Counted from the first letter of the stretch, positions 12,011 through 25,153 are shown. The stretch is DNA of 64,000 nt from Nageia nagi (GCA_050084985.1 JBITNC010000001.1:48360001-48424000); one strand, 5' to 3'. The notes: generated by a model not told the origin, from the sequence alone. A program made the numbers and translations.

Positions 12011-12888
12011 TTGAGGAATAAAGCATGCTTAGGACTTAAAATTCTAAGTTAAATAATGCATGATGCATGATATTACTTAAATTTTTTAAGTCATGGAACA
12101 ATGCATGTTTTTTTAAAGTTATGGATTAATGCTAAGTAGGACTTAGTTCTTTTTTTCATGAATTGAACAAAATATACAAAATGTAAAATGTCCTTTAGGG
12201 GTTAGTACAAAACCCATTGGACTTTTAAGGTTTTTCAAGCTCGTGTGGATGATGCAATTTTACTTTACTTTATATTTTTGCACAATTTGCTTTATACTTG
12301 CAAAACACAAATATTGAAAGTAACCCTAAAATGAACACATCCGCACGTATTCTTCCACAACATGACTTGTTTGGGGAGCCACGAGGTGAGGATAGGGCAG
12401 ACTGGAGCCCTTTTAGTTCGAAGACCCAAGTGGTGGTAAGTCCGTCTTAATTGCCCCTAAGACCTCTGTTGGATTGGACATAACTCTATTAGGTGGACAG
12501 GCATGTGTGTAGTGATACCACATGTCCGCACGTCCATTCAGGGATTATCCTGATAACCTAGGAGGAAAATTGAAAACCTTAATCAAGATCATTAAAATGG
12601 TCGGTCCAAGATACGTCGGATCCTTGGAAAATAGTTGGTACTTCTCCTTGTGAGAGTATATTACTGACCAAGGTGAACTGGTTGAGGACTGGTAGTACCT
12701 GGGCTCCACCTTGCAGGCATCCAGGTGAAGGCCTAATTCTATACAAGAAAACAACCCCAACTTTATTCCTCTACGGATCGTGGTTTATAAGTTTGCACAT
12801 GTGGGACATGTTTACTTATGTTTGATTTGTATAGATGGAAACTTGTAAAAATTTGCATTCTTATTGCATATTTACTTTTGTACAGACA

Positions 12889-15800
12889 ATGGTTGAAACC
12901 TTCATACTCAAGCATATACTCGACGGTTCTAACTTCGGTATATGGGAACCTCGTATGAGAGCTGAGTTATAAGCAAGGAAGTTGTGGCAGACAGTTAATG
13001 AAGATCTAGTCGCTCCTACAGATGAGAAGGCTCTTGAAATTTATAACTCAAAGAATGAGTTAGCAACCTCAATGATCTATCGTGTAGTTTCAGATGACAT
13101 TCTTCTCATGATCTCTTCTTTGACATCAGCAAAAGAAGCTTGGGATAGACTAAAGAAAATTTACCTTGGGTCCAAATTTTCAAGGAGGTTCACCATTCTA
13201 AAAAGTTATTGCAATATCATCAAGGTGAAGATGAAAGTGCCTCAATCTACTTGAACAAAATCATTGACCTCAGGACACAACTGGTTGGCTGTGGGTGCAA
13301 TTGGATCAATGATGAGTTCATGGTCTTCATCATTCTTCAAAGCCTCTCTACAAAGTTCAGTAACTTTATCACAGTTATGGAGACTAGGCTCGATGATGAA
13401 GAAGATGTCATCTCTCTTGACAACCTTTCTAGACTCCTTCTAAGCATGAGGAAACTTTGAACAAGAAAATGTTGAACCTTTCTCCAAAGGATAATAGCAT
13501 TGCTCTAGGAGCAACCAAAACTCCTTTCAAGAAGACATTCAAACATTATAAATTCAAAGATAACAAATCCTCATCTACCATCAGGAAGCACGGTAACTTC
13601 AAGCAAAGGAATGATAAAGCTAGATCAAGCAAACCAACACCTATAGAAAAGTTTGATGGAAATTGTAACTTTTGTGGCATCTTTGGTCACAAAGAGCATG
13701 ATTGTCGTAAAAAGAAATTTGCTCAAAAAGGCAAGGGAAATGCAAATGTAAGAAATTTCAATAATAAAAAGAAGAACAAGCATGCTGCTACTGTTGCCTA
13801 CTACTCAATGACTCAAACTATTTCAAATGATTGGATTATTGATTCAGGATGCACAAATCACATGTGTTATGAAAAGGATAAGTTTGAAAAGGATAAGTAC
13901 AAGAAGGATGCAGTTGTGATAGGTGATAATACAGTCCTTGATGTTCAAGGAACATGGAGTGTGAAGATTCATGGAAAGGCTCTTGATAATGTCTTTTATA
14001 TGCCTAAACTAAGGATGAATATTATCTCTGTAATTCAGATTACAAGAAAAGGATACTCATTTGAGTTTACCTCACACTCCTGGTGTGTTAAGAAAGGACT
14101 TGCCACCTTGATGAAAGGATCAGTAAAGGATGACCTTTATATTATGTATCAAGTTCCTTCAAAGATGTGTCTTGCTACAAATGTTTGTTTAAAGGGCAAT
14201 CTTTGGCATCAACGATTAGGGCACCTTAACCACAAGAGTATTCAAGATATGAAAAATCAAGAACTTGTGGAAGGTTTACCTAATATTTCACCCACAAATG
14301 GTCTCTATGAAAGGTGCATTCTAGGAAAGATGAATAGGTAAAAGTTTGAAAAAAGATAAGGCAACTCGAGCCACTCGTCCTCTTCAGCTTGTGCATTCAG
14401 ATTTGATGGGTCCGTTTCAGACTAAGTCTCTAAGGGGAGCTTCTTATGTTCTGACCTTCATTGATGACTTCAGTAGGATGACATTTGGTTATCTACTTGA
14501 GCACAAGGATCAAACCTTTGACAGGTTTAAAGACTTCAAGGCTCTTGTTGAAAATCAAACTGATTTTAAGATCAAGATGCTGAGATCTGATAATGGGGGT
14601 GAGTATAATAGCAATGAGTTTAACGACTATTGTGTTAAACATGGGATCAAGTGGCAATTCATAATCCCATACACCCCTCAGCAAAATGGAGTTGCTGAAA
14701 GGAAGAATCACACCATTATGGAAATGGCAAGATGCATGTTGGGTAACCTTCCTAGTTTCTTATGGAGAGAAGCTGTTCACACTACTGTTCACACCCTAAA
14801 TAGGTGTCCTACTAAAGCAGTTGAAGGAAAAACTCCGTATGAAGCATGGACGGGAAAGAAACCTAACATCTCACACTTCAAGGTCTTTGGTTGTGATGCA
14901 TTTGCCTTCATTACCTCAGAGAAAAGAAAGAAGCTAGACAAAAGATCAGAAAAATGCATCTTTATGGGGTATGATAATCAGCATAGAGGTTACAGGCTCT
15001 ACTCCTCATCCCATAAAATAGTCTTTGTTTCTAGGGATGTTAAATTCAATGAACTTCCTAAGGATACGACTTCTCATGCTGAGGTGTCTGATTCAGATGA
15101 TTCTACGCCTGAACCTAACTGGTTGGATGATCATGTAGGGAAGTCACCACAAGAGCAAAATTCTCCAGCTCAGAGAATTACAAGGAGTATGACCTTGAAT
15201 AAATCCTTATTTGCCAAAATTGATAATATGAATGAGCCATCAACATTCAAAGAAGCTTCCAAGCAAGAGTGTTGGATGGAAGCTATGAAAGTTGAGTACG
15301 AGGCACTCATGAAAAATGAAACTTGGGATTTGGTTCCTTATCCCAATGAGAAAAATGTGATTGGAAATAAATGGATATACAAGGTCAAGTACAATTCTGA
15401 TGGAGAAGTTGAAAAATATAAAGCAAGGTTAGTGGCCAAAGGATTCACTCAGAAATATGGTATTGATTATGAGGAAACCTTTGCTCCTATGGCCAAGATG
15501 CCTACTGTTAGGATAATCCTTGCTCTTTCTGCAGCTCAAGGTTGGAAAGTTTTTGAACTTGATGTTAAGAGTGCATTTCTCAATGGTGACTTGGATGTAG
15601 AAATCTATATGAATCAACCAGAAGGATTTATTCCAGAAGGAAAAGAGTCTCTTGTGTGCAAGCTAAAGAAGTCTTTGTATGGACTTAAATAAGCACCTAG
15701 AGCATGGTACAAAAAAATTTCAGGATTCTTTACAGATATTGGTTTTTCCAAGTGCTTCTCTGACTCAGATCTCTATGTACTCAATCAAGGAAAAGACGTG

Positions 15801-16779
15801 GTCTTAATTCTCCTTTATGTGGATGATCTTCTCATAACAGGCAACAATATTGAAATCATCCAAGAGTGCATATCCAAACTGAAGGCAACATTTGAAATGA
15901 CTGATCTAGGTCTATTGCATTACTATCTTGGAATGCAAGTATACCAACATAAAGATTTACTTATCTTAGTCAATCTAAGTATATATCAGACATCTTACAA
16001 AAGTTTGGAATGGAGGAGTGTAGATATGCTGCAATACCTGTTTCTCCTGGAATCGTTGTATCACTGAGCTCAGATTCTCAATTGGTTGATGCTACAACTT
16101 ATAGGTAATTGATTAGTAGTCTTCTGTATCTGACTATCTCTCGACCTGATATTACCTTTGCAATGAATCTGATGGCACGATTCATGCAAAAACCATATGT
16201 TGAACACCTCAATGCTGTTAAGAAAATCTTGAGGTATGTGGCAGGGATAAAGGATCTTGCTCTTAAGTATTCCAAAGTGCCCTCAATTGTTCTCTCAGGG
16301 TTCTCAGATTCTGATTATGGGGGAGATAGAGATGATAGAAAATCAACCTTACATATGTGTTCAGCATTGGTTCAGGTGCTATCTCTTGGGCTTCCAAGAA
16401 GCAACCTGTTGTGACTCTTTCTACCACCGAAGCTGAATATCGAGCCATGTCTGTTACCGCCCAAGAAGCTATTTGGCTAAGGCATCTTCTAAATGAAATT
16501 GGGTATAAGCAAAATGGCCCATATCTTATTTCTTCAGACAATCAATCGGCTATCTCTTTGGCTAAGAATCATGTGTTCCATCAGAGAACCAAGCATGTGG
16601 AAATCCAAGCCCATTTTAGCAGGGAGAAGGTTCTAGATGACATCATACACTTGGAGTATTGTCCATCTACTGAAAACTCTGCTGATTTATTCACCAAGCC
16701 CCTTCTTGAAGCTCAGTTCAGCAAGCTTAGGGATTCTCTCGGGTTGGTGAAGTTGCCCTCAAGGGGGAGTGAAGTTTGA
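12889..16779 (+). pseudogene. Copia gag-pol polyprotein, disrupted
   Basis: ATG at 12889 (MVETFILKHILDGSNFGIW); zinc knuckle CNFCGIFGHKEHDC; protease WIIDSGCTNHM; GAG-pre-integrase LWHQRLGH; integrase LVHSDL/RSDNGGEY/QQNGVAERKN; RT YKARLVAKG and LYVDDLL; RNase H FSDSDY, STTEAEY, ADLFTK. Several stops and frameshifts. Confidence 0.95.
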
Positions 16780-16826
16780 ACTTTTGTTAGTGATGACAAC
16801 TTCACCTCTAAGAGGCCTTTTTTTGA

Positions 16827-17372
16827 TTGTACATTCTATACCTCCGTGGTAAGTTTGCTCTGCGTGACAAACTTGTTGTACAATTATTATTATAGAGTGT
16901 TGATTATTTTATACCTCCGTGGTAAGTTTGCTCTGCGTGACAAACTTGTTGTACATTTTTATACCTCCGTGGTAAGTTTGCTCTACGTGACAAACTTATT
17001 GTACATTTTTATACCTCCATGGTAAGTTTGCTCTGCATGACAAACTTGTTGTACATTTTATACCTCCGTGGTAAGTTTACTCTGTGTGACAAACTTGTTG
17101 TACATTTTATACCTCCATGGTAAGTTTGCTCTACGTGACAAACTTGTTGTACATTTTTATACCTCCGTGGTAAGTTTGCTCTGTATGAAAAACTTGTTGT
17201 ACATTTTATACCTCTGTGGTGAGTTTGCTCTGCGTGAGAAACTCGTTGTACAATTTTTGAGCATATAATTAATATACCTATGTGGTAAGTTCGCTCTGCG
17301 TGACGAACTTGTTGTACATTATATACCTCTGTGGTGAGTTTGCTCTGCGTGAGAAACTCGTTGTACAATTTT
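16827..17372 (+). repeat. Tandem array of ten ~49-50 bp palindromic units in the Copia 3' UTR
   Basis: Consensus ATACCTCCGTGGTAAGTTTGCTCTGCGTGACAAACTTGTTGTACATTTTT; units start near 16838, 16911, 16961, 17011, 17060, 17109, 17159, 17208, 17274 and 17323. Confidence 0.95.
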
Positions 17373-17852
17373 TATGCTCTATTAATAATCAACACATGTC
17401 TATATACAACAGGTGATTATGAGTGATGGCTTGGCATCTCCGTGATGACTTATAGTGCACCATTAATCAGTTATTTATAAGATGACATTATTTGATTCTC
17501 TTATTTGAATATATGATGCATCTAACTGATTTTGTTCATGAGTTGCTTGTAGCATGCAGGATCTTCTTCAGAAATGCAGGTTACTCACCTTGTGAAAGCA
17601 AGCTCATGGAGAATCACATGTCAACTTAAAGTTGATCGACTACTATGTACAAGTGAAACCAGTTGTGGTTAATGATTGTATTGTAAACCATTTTGTCAAA
17701 TGGTAATGTAGTGAGTCTCATACTAGTTCTCAAAAAGATTCTCAAATATGTAAATGTTCTCATCTCCACTTGTATCTCTATGGAGGAGAACTCTCTCTTA
17801 CTCTCTCTCTTCTCTCTTCTACGCTCTATCCCAATATTGCATTAAGGGGGAG

Positions 17853-18342
17853 TGTTAGAATTTGTAATGAAATATTATGAATATCTAAACTCCTTGTAAG
17901 TTCAATTAATCACTTAAAGGATATGTAGATACCTTAAGGGATTAATTGAATTCTTTATTATATGTGGACTTTGAACTAACCATGGGGTTAGTTGGTAGGT
18001 TAAAGTTAGGTCATGCATTTATTGTAACCCTAACCTTACCCTTGGGTTAAAGGGAGGTTAGGGAGGTGCTCTCAAGCTATAAATAGAGGGTCTCTCCTCT
18101 TGTAATTAATATCTTAGATTTGGAGTAACATTACTCTACTAGTTTGTAGGAGAGGAAGAGAATAGTTGTAAGAGAGGCATACTTGAGAATTGAGATACTA
18201 GTTGTGGATGTACTCCCAAGGAGGGAGGAACCACATTATATTGGTGTCATATTGTGTGAATGGTGTTGTTAGCTAGTAGATGATGAATGATTTAGCTTCC
18301 TAGTCTTGGACCTTGAGAATTAGATCTAGGTTAATTCCATCA
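17853..18342 (+). repeat. Copia 3' LTR (490 bp)
   Basis: Near-identical to 9246-9730; preceded by the PPT and followed by TSD GAAAC. Confidence 0.97.
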
Positions 18343-18791
18343 GAAACTAAAAAATATGGGATGAATATGATCTTAACATATCACATAAAACCTTTTACTA
18401 AAGTTTTATCATTTGATTTTTCATTGAGAAGATTGCTAATGACCCTTTTTACAAGTTAGGAGAATTATCGATGATCTTATCATATCAGATAAAAAAGTTT
18501 GCTCTACATGTAGAATTTTTCTACTCTTTATCTTGTTGGAAAGATCTTACTAAGATATACAATCTTGATAAACTTGATTTGCAAAAATATAAAAATAAAT
18601 GATTAATAATCTAGCTTGAAAAACCTTATTGTCACATCTTCAAATTTTTGGAAGCCATAACTTTGAGATGATATTTTTAAAAAAGTTAACTATTTTCTTT
18701 AGATCTCTCCATTTGTAAAACTTATTTTATGAGAATTCCTTAGTGTTAGGACCATTAGCAATCTATTTTTAGGCAACCAAAGGTCCTTTTA

Positions 18792-20327
18792 TGTGATGTC
18801 CCATTTGATCTAAAGATAAATTATATCATCGCCACTTTGTAATCTATAGTTAGTTAATGTGTGTAGTATGATTGTGCAACTCAAGGTGAAAGCTTATGGT
18901 CCTATGGACCCCATTGTGATCCCAAAAATGGGACATATCCCTTGAGTAGTAATACGTGATGTCATGTATGGGTAATCCCAGATTGTGGGAATCCTTATAA
19001 CATCCCCTTTTAGAAGATAGAGTTCACCACAGGTCTTGGAGAGTTGATATGATTTGTTCTTTGAATAGGTCATCTCATGGGAAACATTTTGATAGGTCAC
19101 ATGACATAGTTTCATTAAGAAATGAAGGAGTTATGATCTCTTGAAGTTTTCCAATCGCATTAGTCTTCCGCCTTGTGGCCACCCATGAAAATCTATAAAC
19201 AACTCCATATTAACTTCTTGAAATGTGACATCCCACTCCTTTGTATGCGAGTATGTTGTGATGTGTATTCAATGCATGTAGCAATAGTAATGGGACCATT
19301 TTTCTAAGTTGTGATACATGATTCTAAGGCATTGCATATCTACTAATTGGAACTTATGATTAAGGGTATCCCTAGGCAACATTGGAATAGAGAGGCATGC
19401 ACATGATTCTTAGGTGAGATCTAGGAGAGATTATAAATAAGGCATGAGGCCTCATTATGAGGTTACCACTTATATTATACTTTCTATACCGATCTTGATT
19501 GGGAAACAAAGTCTTAGCGATGCCAAGCAACTATTCTTAGATGGTGTCTAGAGGAGTGGTAGGGTTAGGATTCTAAAATTCTATGGCTTAGGTGGGTCAC
19601 CTAGCCCATCCGATGGAATTCTAAGGATGAGCTTCTACCTTTAGTGGTTTTTAGGATTCAAGGAGACTAATTATAAGGATGATCTTCTACCTTTAGTGGT
19701 TTTTAGGATTCAAGGAGACTCCTTTGCAAGAGGGGATTTAGATTACCGAGGAAGTCAATCAAATCCTATTATTTGGTTCAACTTGTTGAGGGTTTGGAAC
19801 CCTAGATCTGTTGGTGTACCTCCATTGTATATTCATTATCTCTCATAATAAAAGACAGTTCATTATGCCCCTTATGATTGTGTTGTTCCATTATGTGTTC
19901 CATGTGTTTGATATACTAGTGTGGGAAGCCTCATACTTGTGTTATATTGCATCCGTTAGTGTTATTATGTTGTGCATTATTGTTGTTAGGCATTTGTAGG
20001 GTTTACAAGGTGTTGGAGGAGCCCTAAGGGATGATTTTAGTATTTAGTGGCCCTCGTTTTGTGTTATGTGTTGTTTGGAAGGCCTATGAGGCCCACATTG
20101 GAGTGTTGAGGGGTTTATATGCCCTGGAGGCCAATCATAGGATTGTGCTTGCATTATGGTGTGGTTGTTGGGTGTTTATTTGTTTTTGCTTATTTTTCTT
20201 GCCCCTAGTTGATATAAAATTTTATCTTGATATTTATTCTCAACTTTTGATTTTGCTTTTGACCTTTAACTATTCATTACTACCTCATAATTTTCCCCCA
20301 AGTTAAATCATGGTGGACCCCATGATA
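18792..20327 (+). mobile_element. Probable old solo LTR related to the TGTGAC/TGTGAT-starting Gypsy LTRs
   Basis: Starts TGTGATGTCCC; contains GGACCCCATTGTGA like the family LTR; internal ~45-bp duplication near 19624/19676. The TSD is not resolved. Confidence 0.45.
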
Positions 20328-20384
20328 ATTTTCCTTTATTTTTGCTAATCATGAAATGTACTTTGTTATACTTTAGATGCACTT

Positions 20385-20760
20385 TGATCGACATGATAAG
20401 TTGATGGGTGATGATAAGATGCTATGATTACAAATGATAGAAAGATACGATGAATATGTAGATAGTGATAACTTTGATGATAGAAAAGACTGATGATAGA
20501 CATGATAAAAAGCATGATAAGATACTTGATGAGATACATGATGAGAAACTTGATGACAACCTTGATGAGAAACTTGATTATTTTTTAATGAAAAATCTTA
20601 TAATAATGTCGATGAAAAACTTGATGATAACCATGATGAGAAATCTTATAATAATGTCGATGAAAACTTGATGATAACCATGATGAGAAACTCATGAAAT
20701 TTGTTATGAAAATTGATGATAATCTTGATAAAAAGAACTTGGTGATATTGCCCATGTTAA
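20385..20760 (+). repeat. Degenerate (TGATGA-rich) ~12/24 bp tandem repeat
   Basis: Repeated AAACTTGATGA / CATGATGAGAAA units. Confidence 0.65.
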
Positions 20761-23279
20761 TCAAGTGCATTTAATGGTCTAACTCATATAATGTGCAACC
20801 TAAGGACAATTCAAATCAATATGATGATAATAATAAGATGGCCTATCTATATTCATTTTGTTTGGTCATGCTAAATCTAAAACAAGAAGGAAGTGGATCT
20901 TTTTTTTCCCAAAAGGTGCCAAAAATGAGATTGATTATACTTTCCTATGCAACTTATTCTACATAATACACCAGCTTACACTACATGAAATGAGATGCAA
21001 GTGATGATACAATCCTATCCTATATGAGATATAATTAAAATAAAGTTATAATGTGATATTAGGTAACTTGTTATGTGTTTCTTCAAATGTATGACATAAT
21101 ACCTCACTAACTTCTATTGCTATGTTGTGACCATATTTCATCAACATTTTGTTAAAAAAAATTACACAATACTCTCTGTTCACTTTTAATGTTGATTGAT
21201 GAAATTATTATGTCTCTTGAGCTTTGTGTACTTTCACTAGAAAATCCATGAATACATCATCATCTTAAATAAACTCATTAGTAGCATTATCATTAATGGA
21301 AGCATTATCATGATTTATATTTATAGGATCATTATCCTTAACATATTTATTGTAAATAATAATACAATCCTTAACATCAATGATAATGCCATTATTGTTC
21401 TAAGTGTTGTGAAAAATAATCCTACTTTTATAGGGTTGATGATTAGCCCTATTTTTAGTTTTCTTTTTAATATCATCATATAGGAGAGTCATCATAAACA
21501 ACCTATCATTGATTATTATATGATCTTTTACTTTTATTAGTTTTATTTGGTATGATATATTTTTGAATGCAATGTCGTAATATCCATGCTCATCCATATC
21601 ATCATCTATGAATGGTCCAACATCTATAACAACATAATAAACATTATCATTATCACTATCATTCTCATGATTATATACAATTGACACATTATTTACATTA
21701 GGTATTTTTTCCTAGATTTTGTATATCACCATCAATGTCACTCCTATTTGTAAGTACATCATCATCAACTAGAGAAATCTCATCAATAGGAATTTTGTCA
21801 CTTGTATTGCTTAAGCTTGAATTTGTTAAACTAATTTGATCATAAGATTACCTTCTACCATGATCATCTTGCATATCAACAATTTGCAAAATAACCATAT
21901 TTTCAATCACCTTATCCACCTTTGGCATGCCATTATCATGTTGTGGTCTAAATGCACATAATAGCATATTAAATCCGTATTTAAGTAATTAAAACTTTAT
22001 GAAATCATTATTGCACATAAAAGCCATGATAACTTAAAAATATTTTCTTCCTATGATATATATGACTTGGGGTGAAGTTTGATGATGCAACGAAGAAAAA
22101 TAACTTGAAAATATAGGATTTTATGCAAAAATATTTTGTTCTTCAACCAAAAACCTCAAGAAATAGCATGCAATAATCCTAATTTACCTTCTAAAAGTTT
22201 CCTAACATGAATATATAAGGTTTTTCTAAGGTTTTAGGGTAAAATCATCCATATTATTTCCAAAAAATAGGTTCAAAATCTAGTTTTTGTTTTTTTTTTC
22301 CAAAAATAAAATTTCACAAAATAAAAAGCCTTAACTTTTTTACTATTTCTCAAAAAATATGATTCCTAAGTTTTGAGGAAAATTATGATGATCGCAAATC
22401 AAGCAAAACCTAGGGTTTCCATTGAAAATTTTCAAACAAAATGGATGCCCTAAAATTAAAATTTTTGATTTTTTAAGATAAGTTAGATTCACTAAATTTG
22501 TAGATATATAAAATTGGATTTGAGACATAAATACCTATGAATAGTGATCCAAAATATCCACTATAGTTGAATGCATACAATGACAATAATAAAAATATAT
22601 AGGGCATAAACCATATATAAATGATAAATCTAAATATTGGACCATACCAACAAGAAGAGAAAGATAACTTAACAAATGGACGAACTTACTTTCTGGTGTA
22701 ATTAGCTTGCAGAATGGATGATATATCATGACTTAAAAGGACTGTTGATGTTTGACGATATAATCTATGATAGTAATTTACCTAGGAATGGGTTGCCAAT
22801 GATCTTCCTTATCCAGAGTAGCTCACGAGTAGTCTTCTTAAGATGGATCTATCGTCCACAATCAAGACCACAACTTTAGTTACCGACAAATATGTTAGCA
22901 AATATGTTTGTAAGATTGTAAAATCTATAAGCAAGCTCAAGTAAACCAATTTCAAGTTTGATAGGTGACGTTGATAAACACTATAAAGTTGTTTGTCTAT
23001 GTTATCAAGTATTGAGAAGATTTAATAGTGGATTAAGGTACCTCCTCTCCTTTATGTACTTTCCAAACAAGCTTGAAGGTTACAATCTATTAACTCTACA
23101 AGTATAAAAGATCTTGAAATAAATAATATTTAATTGATATTCATTTATGATAAATATAATTGTATTTTAATTAAATATAAATTCAAAGTAAAGTATCTAC
23201 AATTTTTCCTTTTCTAACATTAACCCTAAATTTCAATAGGTAACTATGATGTGCCAAATAAGATAATCATAAAGAGTAT

Positions 23280-24460
23280 ATCATAATCACCTTACTATTT
23301 GGCATGTCCTTAACCACTATTAGTTACCTTAATTGCCTTATCACTCTTAACTTCCATAATTATGTATATTATGTTATATCTATAGAAAATTGTAAAGCCC
23401 ATCCATCATTATTACTATTTTTGTACCAATTAGACCCCCTTCTTATTGAAATTTTGCTTTTCTTTTGTTCCATTATTTATTTAAAATTGTTAGAGATATA
23501 CAAGGCCATCTTTATAAGGGTTTCTTAGAACCCTTTATTCTAAGAGGGAATAATAAGTTATTTTATTTAAGATTTGTTAGTATTTATTTCTCATTTTTGG
23601 GGTATTCTTACCTTTGGCGTATTTTTCCAAATCTATAAGCTTCCTTTGAATTATGGTTAATCAAACTAGTCTAATTACTTCCTTCTTTTGCATCTTTTTT
23701 TGAATCTCCTTCACATCAACGTATTCCTGGAGCTATTGTTTGACAAACTACTCTTTCTACCTTCTTTGTTAGCTTAAAAGAATCGTCAATCATTTTTGGT
23801 GCTTCAATTCCACTTGTATAGTTTTGTTACAATTTTTATCTTCATTTTTATTGTATTTTTTATATCTCTTCCATCTTCTGACCAATTTGAGATTATGTTC
23901 ATTGAATCTTCCATAAAATCCATGTCTTCAACCTCTTATTTTTCTCTCAAAATATGAATGGAATTATCATTTTTACATTCCTCATTTTTTTTTATATGCT
24001 TCTCCTTCTTGCTTCTTCCTTCATATTTTAGTACAAGATTTATTCTTTTTCTCTACATCTCTAAATTTTTTTCCTTTGATATTGCATTTCCATATGTTCC
24101 ATTTTCTTACAAACATTGCAACTTAATAGAATATTCTCATATTTGATGGGTTGTTCCAATACTTCGCCCTCTACATCCAATATAATACTCTTCAAAAGAT
24201 GTTTGGACACATTTACAAAAAACCTAGTTGTTAGCATTATGGTTTTGGCCTTTGTTATTGAATCAATAATTACCAATTTTCTAATTGATTTAGCTATGTC
24301 TACTAGTACATTCACATCCCGTAACTCTATGGTAGACCTCAAAGGGTTACCAAGATAAGAGTTACATGGATATTTTCTACCTTGGATAACATTTCTTTAA
24401 AAGTAGTCATTTTCTACCAAAAACCATTGCCAATCGCTTAAGATCATAACTACAACTTCA
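23280..24460 (-). mobile_element. LINE remnant (ORF1 DUF4283/zinc knuckle and start of ORF2)
   Basis: ORF 24061..24342 ends EQPIKYENILLSCNVCKKMEH (zf-CCHC_4-like); preceded by a degenerate W-V-x-L-x-x-L-P motif. Confidence 0.65.
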
Positions 24461-24791
24461 CTTGCATCACTCGATTAACTTTCATATTCACAATAATGTA
24501 AAAATAATTTAATACTCAACACAATTATACAAATATAAAATTTTAACAAAATTTAATAATTATTTCATATAGTACATTGTAATAATGGTATGATTTTGAT
24601 AAATTGTAATAAGATCTTCAAAATAATTACAACGAATTAATTCTACCTAAAACTTTTAAAACTTATATGCTCTATTATTACTTGAAATCTAACTTTTTAA
24701 TTAAAGAATCAAGATACATCCACCTAATTTACTCCATATAAATGACTATTTAATTATACTTATAAATAATAATATAATAATTCTTATAATT

Positions 24792-24813
24792 TATATATAT
24801 ATATATATATATA
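24792..24813. repeat. (TA)n microsatellite upstream of the host gene
   Basis: TATATATATATATATATATATA. Confidence 0.9.
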
Positions 24814-25153
24814 AAAGTTTCTTGAAAAGTTATCTTAAACATCAATATTAGCATATAAAGTAACAAGATCAATTTATCCGAAGTGAACCCTCTTATCCTA
24901 CTTAGATCTCTACACTACCGAAATGGACAAATGGCACATTTAAAGTGCAAAGGAAGATATTTTCCTGAGAGGAATCCAAAAAAGAAGTGGACGCTACCAT
25001 TCTTGTCTGAAGGTGGAAGAAAAAATTGCACACTGCTGCTCTTACGTTAGGCCACCCACGGCTACATTCAGTGCTAACTTGTTCGTAATCAAACCACCAA
25101 CAACAATAAAAAATTGCTATTGTTTTTAATCAACCAAAGTACTAGTTATCATA

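Larger units (their letters stand above)
9246..18342 (+). mobile_element. Full-length Ty1/Copia LTR retrotransposon (9.1 kb) with long 5' leader and 3' extension
   Basis: TSD GAAAC at 9241-9245 and 18343-18347; LTRs TG...CA; PBS TGGTATCAAAGC at 9733-9744; PPT AAGGGGGAG before 17853; domain order gag-PR-INT-RT-RH. Confidence 0.97.

Noticed and set aside
17009-17368. ORFs of 119 aa (-) and 66 aa (+), or an env-like gene
   Set aside because: By-products of the tandem array; the 49/50-bp unit length shifts frame, and no domain is recognisable.
16827-17372. CRISPR array
   Set aside because: The palindromic units are head-to-tail with no unique spacers, there are no cas genes, and the context is a eukaryotic Copia 3' UTR.
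20800-22460. Acidic minus-strand ORF remnants (e.g. 21400..21687)
   Set aside because: Too degenerate to assign; likely an old DNA transposon.
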